64,000 bases of DNA from Octopus sinensis (taxonomy: Eukaryota), in contig NC_043002.1 in NCBI RefSeq assembly GCF_006345805.1, positions 57,970,001 to 58,034,000 of the forward strand. The letters are read 5' to 3'. Of this stretch, positions 38,650-50,760 are shown piece by piece; the stretch's first letter is position 1; each line of letters starts with the position of its first letter. The notes below the pieces were generated by a model. That model did no database searches and was not told where the DNA came from. It saw nothing but the letters and a program-made list of their open reading frames with translations. The position numbers were made by a program, and so were the translations under genes.

Positions 38650-38707
38650 TATCACTGACGAAGAGAGGGCTCTTAGTAGCTAACTCTGAAATCGGTCCGA
38701 TATGGTA
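38650..38707 (+). ncRNA. Type I hammerhead ribozyme, apparently intact, in a cassette (38521-38855) bounded by (TA)n
   Basis: tatca-CTGACGA-agag..ctct-GAAA-tcgg t ccga-TA-tggta; all three stems pair; predicted cleavage after 38702. Confidence 0.72.
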
Positions 38708-38907
38708 ATAATGGAATTTTTTAGAAATTTCTGTCGACCTTTTTTCGAGTAGCGTGCGTATTGTGAAAAAATTATATGGTTAATGGACAATATGTCCAAT
38801 TTTTCTGCATATTTGGCATTAGAAATTTTTTCCTTTGCCCTCATTTATGAATTATATATATATATATATTATATATATATAATATACAGACATACATATA
38901 TACATAC

Positions 38908-38960
<53 letters not shown>

Positions 38961-39155
38961 TTTAAGTTCGTTTACGGCAAACGTCTTTTGGTACGCATAT
39001 AAATCTCCTATTCTCTTATGTCAGCTACAGCCGAATGATACCAACTTGCAAGACCAGTTTCATGGGGTTGTACTGAACTGTGCCGACATAATGTAAGATA
39101 AATATAGTAATAATGATAGTAACACTGCGTGGATGCACTTTATAAATAACTAAAT

Positions 39156-39481
39156 GCATCGGTACGCGCGTTTCCACAAATCACTTGTTTCTTAGGACCA
39201 TAGTCCATATTCTTGGGATGATTACAGTATAATCCGTAGCATCCATGCATATCGAAGTAGTTCATGCGTGCATTTCATCAGGCGATATAGTATTAAAGTT
39301 GGAAGAAAGGAATGTATAACTGCACCAATACATTCGTTATTTCCATCACCTAATGACCTGAATGCGTGAACTATGATTCCCCCGATGTCCATGGATACTA
39401 CACATTGTGCTGTAATCATCCCAAGTATATGGACTATGGTTGTAAGAAACAAGTGCTTTGTGGAAACAAGCGTAGCGATGC
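39156..39481. mobile_element. Foldback/MITE-like element with ~92-bp inverted arms
   Basis: 39156-39248 vs the reverse complement of 39390-39481 (gcatcg.tacgc..gtttccacaaa.cacttgtttctta..accatagtccata...ttgggatgattacag). Confidence 0.8.
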
Positions 39482-39581
39482 ATATTCATAAATATTCATA
39501 AATTGCATCTATGGATTATCATCATCATCATCATCCCCACCACCATCATCATCATCCTTATTATTATTATTATTATTATTA

Positions 39582-39614
<33 letters not shown>

Positions 39615-39987
39615 CATATGAATATATAAATATATATGAAATATACATACACACATACACATGCACACACACACACACATATACATGCATATATTATAAT
39701 ATATATATTATATATTTATATAATATATATATATATATATATATATTGCGTGTGTATGTGTGTGTGTTAATGTTTAATTTTATGTTCAATTATAGTTAGT
39801 GACGACTAAAATTTTCCTGTATGGTCTCGGATTGCATTCATCTCTCTTACATTAATTTTTATATCTCCAAATCAGCCTGTCAGTATACATAAATGTGCTT
39901 TTCACACAACTATAAGAGTTTTAAATCTTACTTGTAGTAATAACTGTTTTTAATACCCACAGTTACAATTGGTGACAACTATATAAA

Positions 39988-40264
39988 TGGCTCAGTGGTT
40001 CGAGCGTAGAGCTTACGATCGTGAGGTTCTGAGTTCATCCCCAGAGCAAGACACTTCATTTCATGTTGATCCAGTTCACTCAGCTGCAGAAATAAATTGT
40101 GATGTCACTGGTGCCATGCCTTATCGGCCCCTTTGCGTTTCCCTTGGATAACATCGGTGGCGTGGAGAGGGGAGACTGTTATGCATGGGCGACTGCTGGT
40201 CTCCCATAAACAACCTTACCTGGACTTGTGCCTCGGAGGGTAACCTTGTGGGGGGTCGCGACGC

Positions 40265-40265
<1 letters not shown>
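39988..40265 (+). mobile_element. tRNA-derived SINE family D
   Basis: atggctcagtggttcgagc..acgatcgtgagg..gagcaagacacttcatttc..cactcagctg..gcatgggcgactgctggtct. Confidence 0.6.
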
Positions 40266-40336
<71 letters not shown>

Positions 40337-40872
40337 TACACATACACAGAGAGAGACAGACATACGCTCAGATATATTTATATATACACACTCATATAGG
40401 ACAGGCTACCGAAGACGTGTGTGTATACATGTACACACACACACACACACGATCATTCGCACATGTATGCATATCTACCCGTCTGTTAGTATGCCGACGT
40501 AATACCCGCTTTCTCATTTCGCACGCACACAATTAATCTCTCCAAAAGAACCATTGTAAATTAGGTAACTTGATAGCTCTGGTTTCAAAAGATAATTTAC
40601 CACAGCAGTAATATAAAGAATTAACTAAAATAATACGAGAATAAAGGACATTAACGGGAATAAATACTGTAAAAGAAAATTAAGCTTTCTAGATTATTCT
40701 TTATTATAAGTATTCTGCCTTTTTCGTTTCTCTTTTATCTAATTACACACAAACATATATACATACACATATACATACATAGAAACATACATACATGTGT
40801 GTGAGTGTGTGTGTATGTGCATGTATGTATGTTTGTATGTATGTTTGTATGTATGTATGTATGTATGTATGT

Positions 40873-40960
40873 AGGCATGGCTTTGTGGTAAGAAGCTTGC
40901 TTCCCAACCACATGGTTCCGGTTTCAGTCCCACTGCATGGCAACTTGGACAAGTGCATTT
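40873..40960 (+). mobile_element. SINE family A, 5' head only
   Basis: ggcatggctttgtggtaagaagcttgcttcccaaccacatggttccggtttcagtcccactgc. Confidence 0.7.
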
Positions 40961-41079
40961 TGCTCTAAGAGGATTTAGTTAATCCTATTAGGTCGTGCTA
41001 TTAAGTAAGACATGGCCTGGACCTATCTTTGGTCGAAACATATCTAAGTTTTATCTAAGTTATCCATACAGAGGAAAAA

Positions 41080-42070
41080 AAGCAAACCAGTTGGTGCCAA
41101 ATCAGGAAAGTACGGCGGGTGTGGCAGCACTTCCCAGCCATGCGTTTCAATGGCTTCCTTGGTCATATTGGCGATATGAGGGCGGGAGTTGTCGTGCAGC
41201 AGAAGAACTCCATGCTGCCGATTAGCCGTGTTGAGTCGTCCCATCTGTTGAACATAGAATTCCGCGTTGACCGTTTGGTTCCGTTCAAGCAATTCGTAAT
41301 GGATAATCCCTTCCCAGTCCCACCATACTCACAACCTCGTTTTACGCGGATGAAGATCTTGTTTCACGCGCAGTGTCGCTTGTTTACCGGGGCTAAGCCA
41401 TTCCTTACGCTGCTTCATATTGATGTACAGGAATCATTTTTCGTCGCCAGAAACGATTCGGTAAAGAAATTGATGCTTGTGTCCATGGGTTGAGCGGTGA
41501 CGTGCAAGCAAACCAGCGGAGATTGTGGCTCGTTGATTTTTGTTGTTGTCACCTAAAGCATGCGAAACCTATGCTCCATACTTCTGAATCTTTCCTATCG
41601 AGTGAAGATGCGTCTCTCTAGCAGTGTAGGAGCATTCCATTTTCTCCCTTGTCGTTTGACCAAAATTTTCCTGCAAAAGCTGGTTTAATCGCTCTTCATC
41701 GAACTCAACTGGACGGCCAGAACGAGGTGCGTCTTTGAGGACAAAATTTCCATTTTTGAACTAGGCATACCAATCGCGAGCGGTTCTTTCATTTATGGCA
41801 CCCTCTCAGCACAAATGTCGTGAACAGCTTTTGCGGCCTTAGAACCTTGATTAAAAGCAAAAAGAAGAAGGTGTCGAAAATACTCGTTTTTCTTAACATG
41901 ACATTCTATTTTAATGATCTGAAAATAAACAAAAATTAACTAAAATAACTAGAAAAAAAAATCCAAAATGATTAAAAAATAGAATTCTCGAAAAAATTAA
42001 ATTCCAAAATTCAAAAGCGCAATAAATTCCAAATTTTGTTTTAAACGGCGGGAACTTTGTTGTCAGCCCC

Positions 42071-42072
<2 letters not shown>
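41080..42072 (-). mobile_element. Mariner transposon remnant (DD34D-type transposase pseudogene, 3'-truncated)
   Basis: FRHLLLFAFNQG, IVSGDEK, VWWDWEGIIHYELL, LLHDNSRPH, WEVLPHPPYFPDLAPT; TIR-like end at 42043-42072. Confidence 0.9.
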
Positions 42073-42101
<29 letters not shown>

Positions 42102-42172
42102 TGTATGTATGTATGTATGTATTGTATGTATGTATATACGAAGTCTGATCAATAAGTATCCAGTGTCATAGT

Positions 42173-45100
42173 CAGTGGTGGATCTACCATAAAACTAATG
42201 AAGCTTAAGCTTCAGGACCCCTAATCCCGGAGAGGTCCCTCTGAAGCAACTTAATTTTTTCATTGTCAATTTTTTTTGTTTTTGCATTTTTCCATGCAGA
42301 TTGCTGTTACCAGTTTTAGTAGACGTCATTTCATTCTCCTACGCAGTCTAGACACGCAGAGTCTAGACACGCAATGTCTAGCCACGAGTTGTTCACCTGC
42401 TGTTTCTGCCAGTGTGGAGTAACATAAAAATTAAAAGTACAAATGACTTGCAGATAATTCGCTTTACTTGAATTATTTGGGAAAATTTGACTCTGCCCCT
42501 CCCATTGTCAAATATGTCGTCTACTACATTAGCACGGTAGAGATAAGTACTCTTATTTCCACACTACTATTTAATGACCAATGCAAGGTTTTTGCTTCCT
42601 AATTTTGAACTTACAATCTGTTCAGTAATAAAGCATTTTTTCTACTTTAAAAACTATTTTGAATATCATCTTATACGAAATGAACAATTCTTCATTTATG
42701 ACTATATATTAAGTTGTGGACTATATATTAAGCTGTGAACCTTTATCTTTCTCCTTGTGGCTGATGAAAATATTACCCCAGTTTTTTTGTTTTTTTTCAC
42801 AGAGATCTAGGCCCCAAGAGGAATAGCAATGTCTTCAAGAAAATCTTTAAGCGGATACCAGAAACGTCAACGGAAGGAAAAGCAATATAACGAAATTTCT
42901 AAATGTCAAAAAATATCAAACTATTTTACAATGTCAAGTATAAGTTTGTTATCACCTGCAACTGAAAAAGCCGTGCAACCACCAGTGAAGTCAATTATAG
43001 GTCACAAGCTATGAGTGCTCTGTTTAGCAATAATCAACATACTGTTGACACTTTTGGTGCAGATGATGATCACGGTGGTCAAGAACTCCTAGAAAAGGGA
43101 GAGCAGAAACAGGAAACAAGAAACAAATTTGGTGATTTCAAAGAATAGTGACCTGGCAAACTAACCCGTAACAATTGATAATGATTTCATACAAAACTGT
43201 GTAATGCAAGACATCAGTTTTTTTTGTTGTTTTTTTTTCAAAATAAAAAAAAACAGATAATGTATATACAGAATCCCAAAAGATTTACAAACAGCAAAAT
43301 CGAAGTTTCTCAAATAAGTACTTTGAAAGAAAATTGAAAAATGGTCAGACTGTGATGAGATCCTGGTTAGTTTACTAAAAGAGCAAACTCATTTCTAAAT
43401 ACCAAATATCACTCACAACGGGTGGATTTTCTGATTGGATGAAAACAACATGATACATAGAACTGTACTCAATTATTGTTGACTCTATACCTGACATGAC
43501 ACATTTTGACCAGCTAGTAATTGTGGTTCGATACTGTTATAATGCCAATAGAAAAACATTCATCCACAAACTTGTTCAACAAAATAACAATTTCTGGGGG
43601 AGCATAAGTTTTCACTTGAAAATGTAATGTGGTCAGTTGTACGATAATGCTTCCAATATGAAGGGCTCAGAGAAAGGACTGCAAGCACTTCTTAAAAACA
43701 TTAACAGATTTGCAGGTTATGTACCATGTGGAATTCACTCAACCTTGTTTGGTAAAAGGTAGTGACTACTGTACCTGAAGTTGTTGACTGTTTTGGCATC
43801 TTGCAGTAGCTGTATGTTTTCTTTTCTGAATCTCCTCAAAGATGGGGATTTTGAACACACAGGGTAATCTAGCCTTTTTCGTTAAAGAGCTTAAGTGTAA
43901 CTAGATAGTCTGCACACTATGAAGCAGTCTGGGCAATTAAAAATGGATATAGGGATATTTTACAAAATCTCAAACATATGTTTGAAGACTCAGAAGAAAA
44001 ACCTGAATGTAAGCGAGATGCAAAGAATTTATACCACAAGCTGGTAAAATTGGAATATACTGTTTTAACAGTCGTTTGCGAAAAAGTTATGAAATGTTTT
44101 AACAAAACAAGAAACTCCAAACCCCTGGTTCTGATGTATTTGAAGTTTATCTTCTGCTAGCATCTTTGCTTCCATTTGTTAAAGAACAGCGAGAAAATTC
44201 AGCCAACAGGATTGCACACTATGAATCAGCAGCAAAAGTTTTATGTGAATATATCGCTTCAAATTATTATGATGCTTTCAAACGCATTGTTATAAAGAAA
44301 TTTGCAGATGGAACAAATGATATGGCTTTTTTGAAAGGGGCTGACAAATTTAGGAGAGAAGTTCAAATCAAGTCTATGACTCCTTGATAATCCAGTTAAG
44401 CAAGAGGATGGGCCTATATCAGCAGATTGTGAAAAGGTTCAAGTTTCTCTCAGAATTGAACAAATCGGAATTTGATGAGGACAGTATCAAACTTATAATA
44501 TCGCATTACAAAGACGATATTGACCACAAATTAATAAATGAGTGTTATCAGTTCAAAGGGCATTTACACCTTAGAAAATCCCGGAACACAGAAGAAAACA
44601 TACCATCTAAATTGCAATGCACAGAAGTTCTTCAGCTTATGTATGAGCATCAATTAATTGAAGTGTCCCCTAATATTACCACTGCGCATAAGATGTACTT
44701 GACAATGCCCATCACGAGCTGTGAAGCAGAAAGGAGTTCCTCAAAGCTATTCTTTGTAAAGAATAATTTTTGGTCTACCATGGCTGAAGAACGCTTAAAT
44801 TCCTTATGCATATTGTCTCTAGAAAATGACATTGCACGGAAGCTGTCATATGACAAAACTGTTGCTACAAAAAAAAAACAGAAAAAAGAGTATTTTGTAA
44901 TTTTCGTATCTTAATGATTCATCATGTATTTATATAACGCTTCCCTAAGTTTCAACCCCCATAACTCTAAAAATATAAGGCTTCGCTTGGAAAATATTTG
45001 TAGTATTATGCCATGGTACAACTACATCGGCAAAGATATCGGTGATTACTCACAACTCGTTTCTGATGGAAAGAGGGCTCAATTTCAGACTCATTTTTAA

Positions 45101-45263
45101 GGACTCCACGTCACAACTCCACCATTTGGGCCTCAAGCTAGAGTTCCTTGAAAAGGCATGAGAATTCTTGGATCCTTGTTGGATGTTACCCTACTGTTGT
45201 TGGTTGTAAAGGGGGCCCCCATCACATTTAAAGCTTCAGGGCCCCACTGTAGATACGAACAGG
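42173..45263 (+). mobile_element. hAT transposon (ZMYM1/Tip100-like transposase pseudogene)
   Basis: IIVDSIPDMTHFDQLVIVVRY, GQLYDNASNMKG, VPCGIHS, MPITSCEAERSSSKL..STMAEERLNSLCILSLE (hAT dimerisation domain); left end cagtggtggatctac, gcttcagg(a/g)ccc near both ends, right TIR degenerate. Confidence 0.85.
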
Positions 45264-45334
45264 AATGATGAAAACTTGTTGAAAACTGTGCGTAGGCCTC
45301 TGAGCAGGCATCGCCACCCCACCCCCTTCCGCTC

Positions 45335-45425
45335 AATAAACACTCACAACGCCCGGTCTGGGAATCGAAACCGTGATCCTACGACCGCGAGTCCGCTGTC
45401 CTAACCACTGGGCCATTGCGCCTCC
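45335..45425 (-). mobile_element. tRNA-derived SINE family B head
   Basis: The reverse complement matches 1534-1625. Confidence 0.8.
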
Positions 45426-45433
45426 ACATATAC

Positions 45434-45471
<38 letters not shown>

Positions 45472-45495
45472 GTATGTATGTATGTATATGTGTAT

Positions 45496-45529
<34 letters not shown>

Positions 45530-45530
<1 letters not shown>

Positions 45531-46130
45531 TGTTTCTTTATTAGCCACACAGGGCTGCACACAGATAGAACAAATTACAAGGTAGAGCTTTTCTTTTGAA
45601 GGTTTAAAAAAAAAAAAAAAAAAAAAGGAAGGGGGGTTTCGATCAAAAGGGATCGTAAAAGGAGAGAAAGAGGACAAAAAAAAGGGGGGGGGGGGTTAAA
45701 AAAAAAAAAAAAAAAAAGGGGGAGAGGAAAAAAAAATTGATCAATAGGGATCGTTATCACAGAGATGTCAATATGAAGTGTAAAGGGGAGGACAGGTGAG
45801 GTTTACCCGTGGAAAGAAAAGCCTACGGAAAAGACCACGATGGACAGTAGATAGAGATAGCATAGGATGTCCACAATTCCACATAGTCAGCTACACGGAT
45901 CACAAACTTGTGACATGTACGCTAGACTTAGGTAAGACACTTAGGCAGGGTCCCGGATACTGGAAACTAAACGCGTCTTTCCCATCGAGACAAGTTTTCA
46001 GAGACCGGATTAGCACACTAGTAAAGAGGGCTTTGACGGGAGCCATCATCAACAACAAATGGTGGTTTGCCCTCAAGAGAGCAGTAAAAGCAGAAGCGAT
46101 TAGGTACAGCAAAGCACTAGCCATAGATAG
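45530..46130. mobile_element. L1/Tx1-like LINE remnant: APE C-terminal fragment (+, ~45850-46130) joined to a probable 3' UTR (-, 45530-45840)
   Basis: YTDHKLVTCTLDLGKTLRQGPGYWKLNAS is a typical L1/Tx1 post-APE motif; flanked by (GATA)n on both sides. The UTR assignment is inferred. Confidence 0.6.
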
Positions 46131-46580
46131 AAATAGAGAGACAGATAGATAGATAGATATACATACATATACATATACATACGTATACATATACATATTC
46201 ACACATAAATATATATGTGTGTAATATATAAATATGTTTGATGTTTTTTCTTATTAAATCTCTTTCTGTCTCATTAAATATTAGTAATTATTCGTTGTCG
46301 CTGTGGTGTCAAATATGCTGGTAGATAATAAGATGGCTGACGCCTTAAATGTTGCGTTTAACACGCCACCAAAAATGTATACTGTGAGGAGACTGTATAA
46401 ATTTAATCTGCCTTAATCCTCAGATTATTATCTTAGCACACGCCGTTCTTCTCAATCTTTTCATTTTTGTTAAATGAATAAACGAAGGATATAAAGACCA
46501 ATATATAGGCACGTGATTAATTAATAAGATACGGTCAAACTTCATCTCTCTCTCTCTCTATATATATATATGTGTGTATT

Positions 46581-46622
<42 letters not shown>

Positions 46623-47151
46623 AATATATGTATATGTATATACATGCATATATATATACGCGTATATAATATATATATATGTGTGTATATATATGCGTGT
46701 ATATATATATGCATGTAAATACATATATATATGTATATATCTGTACATGCATGTATATATACGTATATATATTATATATATGTATATATATGTGTATATA
46801 TATATGTATGCGTGCTTATATATGTGTTTATATATATATATAATCATAATTATAATTATATTTATTTTTATATATATTAAGCATGTATATGCTTTCGAGT
46901 GTATGTAGATTGTACACGTATACATACCACATGTGAGTTTTCTCAAATGTTTAGCAGTTTTAAAAATTCCAGAAAAACAAGAATGTATAGAAACCAGTAA
47001 CACACCCACAGACACACTCTTTTTTCTTTCTTTCTTTCAGTCTGCCTCTCTCTCTCTCTCTCTCTTTCCATCTTTCTGCCTCTCGCTGTGCACACATATA
47101 TATGTATATATATATATATATGTGTGTGTGTGTGCGTGTGTGTGTGTGTGT

Positions 47152-47548
47152 GCACAAGAGTAGCTGTGTGGTAAGTAGCTTGTTTAGGAACCACATGGTT
47201 CCGGGTTCAGTCCCACTGCGTGGCACCTTGGTCAAGTGTCTTCTACTATTGCCTCAGGCCAACCAAAGCCTTGTGAGTGGATTTGGTAGACGGAAACTGA
47301 AAGAAGCCCGTCGTATATATGTATATAATGTGTGTATGCTTGTGTGTTTGTGCTTGTCCCTCCAACATCACTTGGCAACCGATGCTCGTGTCTTTACGTC
47401 CCCGTAACTTAGCGGTTCTGCAAAAAGAGACCGATAGAATAAGTACTAGGCTTCCAAAGAATAAGTCCTGGGTGTCGATTTTCTCGACGAAAGGCGGTGA
47501 TCCAGCATGGCCGCAGTCAAATGACTGAAACAAGTAAAAAGAAAAAGA
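47152..47548 (+). mobile_element. SINE family A, full-length
   Basis: Collinear with 59954-60370: tRNA-like head, internal TA/TG microsatellite, ccagcatggccgcagtcaaatgactgaaac tail. Confidence 0.9.
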
Positions 47549-47756
47549 TATGGGTTTGTGTGTGTGTGTGTGCGCGCGCGCGTGTGTGTGTGTGTGAGTG
47601 TATGTGTGTGTGTTAGGATAAGCAAGTTAGGCAGGTCAATATACAAAGTATATTAAATACATTAAATATAAAAAGTATATAAGTTTACACACATATGCTT
47701 ACACATATGAATGGAAACGATATCAAGAATAAAGGCGTTGAAGAAAAGTTAGACAA

Positions 47757-47826
47757 ATCCAACAGCTGTTTCTGGAGGAATTGGTGGTCCAAAATTATGC
47801 ATGTAGATTGATTCCATTATCGGATG
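47757..47826 (-). ncRNA. Degenerate hammerhead motif
   Basis: The - strand reads CCGATAA-tgga...tcca-GAAA-cagctg-TT-ggat..ctaacttt; same stem III and downstream ctaacttt as the 8.2-kb copies. Confidence 0.4.
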
Positions 47827-49023
47827 AGACAAACCTCCATCTTGAGGAAAGAGATCTTACACTTGATGTGTTGTGGACACTTCAAATGTAAGTTTTCTTC
47901 CCAGAAGGCAGAGGCTCCGACTAACGAGAACTGTAAAATGGTAAAGCAAGAACATTTTAGAAAGTTGGAGAAATGTAAAGTGAGATTTTTTGTTAGCGGT
48001 AGGACTCAAAGTAGATAAAGCTATAAATAATAGTGTGTAGAATATTGAGTAAAACATCCTTGGATGCAAATATGATCTTGGCTTTAGGTCCGTGAGGCCT
48101 AAACCCACAAGTAGAGGAGAGAAATAGGAGTGGATTGGTTGATTTAGAGGAAGGAATTGGTCAGGATTTCCATATATGTATTCTGAACATGTTTCCGCTG
48201 GATTAAACCTGAACATAACATTCGCTACAGTAATACGGCTTCGGAGAACAACTCTCTTTATATGATCTGCGTTGACAACTCACATGTGCCGATAACGTAA
48301 CAGGCTGCGAAACACCGGTGTTTTGATATAATTTTGTCTCTTCAGTCAGATACAACATCCGGATCTTTGAATAGTCTCTAAAAGATTTAATAGATTAAAA
48401 ATTTACTGATGCGTATTCACCGACAAGTTGATATTTAATTGTTATGAGCACGCAAAAGAGATAACAACTGTTTTAGATATTTAGAGAAAGATTGGAAGCT
48501 AGAGCTCTAGACTAGTAAAACATACTATATATATATATATACATGTGTACGCACACACATATATAAAAGTTTAATTACACAGCAGTTGAGCAATGTATCA
48601 CCAAAAAGTAAAGTTATAATTGTAATTAAATATGACAGAATGTGTTAGCACACCAACTATGCTAGAAATAAGAGCTAAAGCACTCAGATGCTACAGTCAA
48701 CGCACATAATTGTATAGATACATACTGCCAACGACCATAAACGGCCGAAAATGGCAATCGTCGACCGTTTTGGCGTTAAAATCGAAGCTTCTTCAGTAGG
48801 GTCGGCACAACTTGCCAGATTCCGGATAAGATTGCCACCAGTATATATATCTACTCCATAAAAATTTATGGATGACTTAGCGACTCGCTAATGTGTATAC
48901 AAATAATTTAATTATGCAAAACTTTAGCAATGTATCACCAAAAAATAAAAATTATGATGCTGCAGTCGACGTATATGATTTAGCTCTTATTTCTAGCATT
49001 GTAGGTGTTCTAAGACCCTCTGT

Positions 49024-49064
<41 letters not shown>

Positions 49065-49065
<1 letters not shown>

Positions 49066-49839
49066 CAGTGTGTTTCAAAAAGTTTGATAGCATTTTGCAA
49101 TCTAATAACTTTGTCAGTTCTTGTTCAAATGACTTCAAATTTTAACAGCATGTGTAGAAACAGGTCAAAATTGTATGTTTAATGTTTGATATGTTTATCT
49201 TTTCAGATATAGAAATGGCATTCACTGAAAGAGAAAAGGCATTTTGTGTGTTGGAGTATGCTCGAACACAGTCGAACAAAACTGTGCAGCATGCATTTAT
49301 GAGAGGGTTCTCTAAAAAGTCATCGAGAGCAATGCAAATATGGACATAGCACAAAGAATTCAAAGAGGAAGGCTGTCCGTGCAGAGCAAAAGGATGTGGA
49401 CGATCACTAACGTCTGAAGAGACAGTCGAGCGAGTTCGCTAAAAACTCTTGTAAAGCCCCAAGAAATTCATAAGAAGAACAAGTTTGGAAACCCAGATTG
49501 CTCCAACGATAGTTTCCTGAGGAAACGTTTGCTAATGAAACCCTACAAGCTGCAGCTCGTTCAGACCATGACAGCAGAGACTGTTACGTAAGACATGCTG
49601 TAGCATGTTTAGGAGGAGCTGGACAACCGACTTGACGTGTGCCGTATCTCAGGCAGTGTGCATATTGAACATTTGTGAGATCGTTCATGGAATCCATATA
49701 CCTTTGGATTCCTCATTCAAATTTGGAGGAATAAATCATATGTTGCTCAACATTAAGCCTGTTTAGTTTCATTCGGTTTGACTATGTATTTTCTGTGATA
49801 TTTACATCTCAAATTATATTAAATGTTTTGAAAACCCTG

Positions 49840-49841
<2 letters not shown>
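49065..49841 (+). mobile_element. Tc1/mariner internal-deletion derivative (DUF4817-like N-terminal HTH)
   Basis: ATG 49215 MAFTEREKAFCVLEYARTQSNKTVQHAF; jumps to a C-terminal ELDNRLDVCRIS..HIEHL*; TIR-like cagtgtgtttcaaaa / ttttgaaaaccctg with TA flanks. Confidence 0.8.
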
Positions 49842-49918
<77 letters not shown>

Positions 49919-49923
<5 letters not shown>

Positions 49924-50557
49924 AACATTAAGGATAACTTCTTAATAAGGAATCTTAACAAGAAATTATCAGGTAGTTAGCGTGAAAAACCTCATAAGAG
50001 AAAAATTTGAAAATAATTTCTTTCTTTTGAACATATTAATTTATATTGTATAGAGGGCATTATTACACATAAATGCCTCACACTAAGAGGGACATAAGTC
50101 ATTACTACTAAAATTTCACTAATCGTACCTAATGCAGTTTTTCTAAGCAAGACATTTAAAAAATGAATTTAGTTCTATATCACCTGTGATTTCACACTTA
50201 CCGCATAAAAAATGCGTCTATGCTCATCAGTAGAACTGATTCTGAACACATCATAAATAAACGACCAACACTACCTGGCGAAGTCGAACAGACATCTGCT
50301 CTCTCCGGCGAAGCACATGGAGATGTTTATAAATCATATATTCGGTAAATGGCGGGCTTTTTCGAACTGCATGTCGGGTAGGAAAAGTTTTTTCGGAATA
50401 AATTTAACAATTAAGGATAACTTCTTAATAAGGAATCTTAACAAGAAATTATCAGGTAGTTAACGTGAAAAACCTCATAAGAGAAAAATTCGAAAATAAT
50501 TTTTTTCTTTTGAACATATTAATTTATATTGTATAGAGGGCATTATTACACATAAAT
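49919..50557 (-). mobile_element. Non-coding hammerhead-bearing partial tandem (retrozyme- or pLTR-like), unit ~482 bp
   Basis: ~155-bp direct repeats at 49919-50074 and 50401-50557 with a hammerhead between them; abuts a long (TA)n. Confidence 0.75.
50171..50237 (-). ncRNA. Type I hammerhead ribozyme, canonical core
   Basis: The - strand reads agttcta-CTGATGA-gca..tgt-GAAA-tcac ag gtga-TA-tagaact; 7-bp stem I, 4-bp stem III plus the A-U closing pair. Confidence 0.82.
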
Positions 50558-50589
50558 ACAGACACACAAACATAAACACACACACACAC

Positions 50590-50760
50590 ACACATATGAC
50601 GGGCTTCATTTAGTTTCCGTCTTCCAGATCCACTCGCAAGAGTATTACAGTAAGAACTAGAAGGAAACATCAGTCCTGGAGTCGATTTGTTTAGAACCCT
50701 TCAAAGCGGTGCCCCAGCATGGCTGCACTCCAATGACTGAAATAAGTAAAACATAATGAT
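50590..50760 (+). mobile_element. SINE family A fragments (inverted middle piece + 3' tail)
   Basis: gacgggcttc..tttccgtct (antisense middle) followed by gcggtgccccagcatggctgcactccaatgactgaaa. Confidence 0.55.

Noticed and set aside
48303-48350. CTGAAGA with an AACACCGGTGTT palindrome on the - strand
   Set aside because: GAAA is mutated and stems I and II do not pair convincingly; possibly a very old copy
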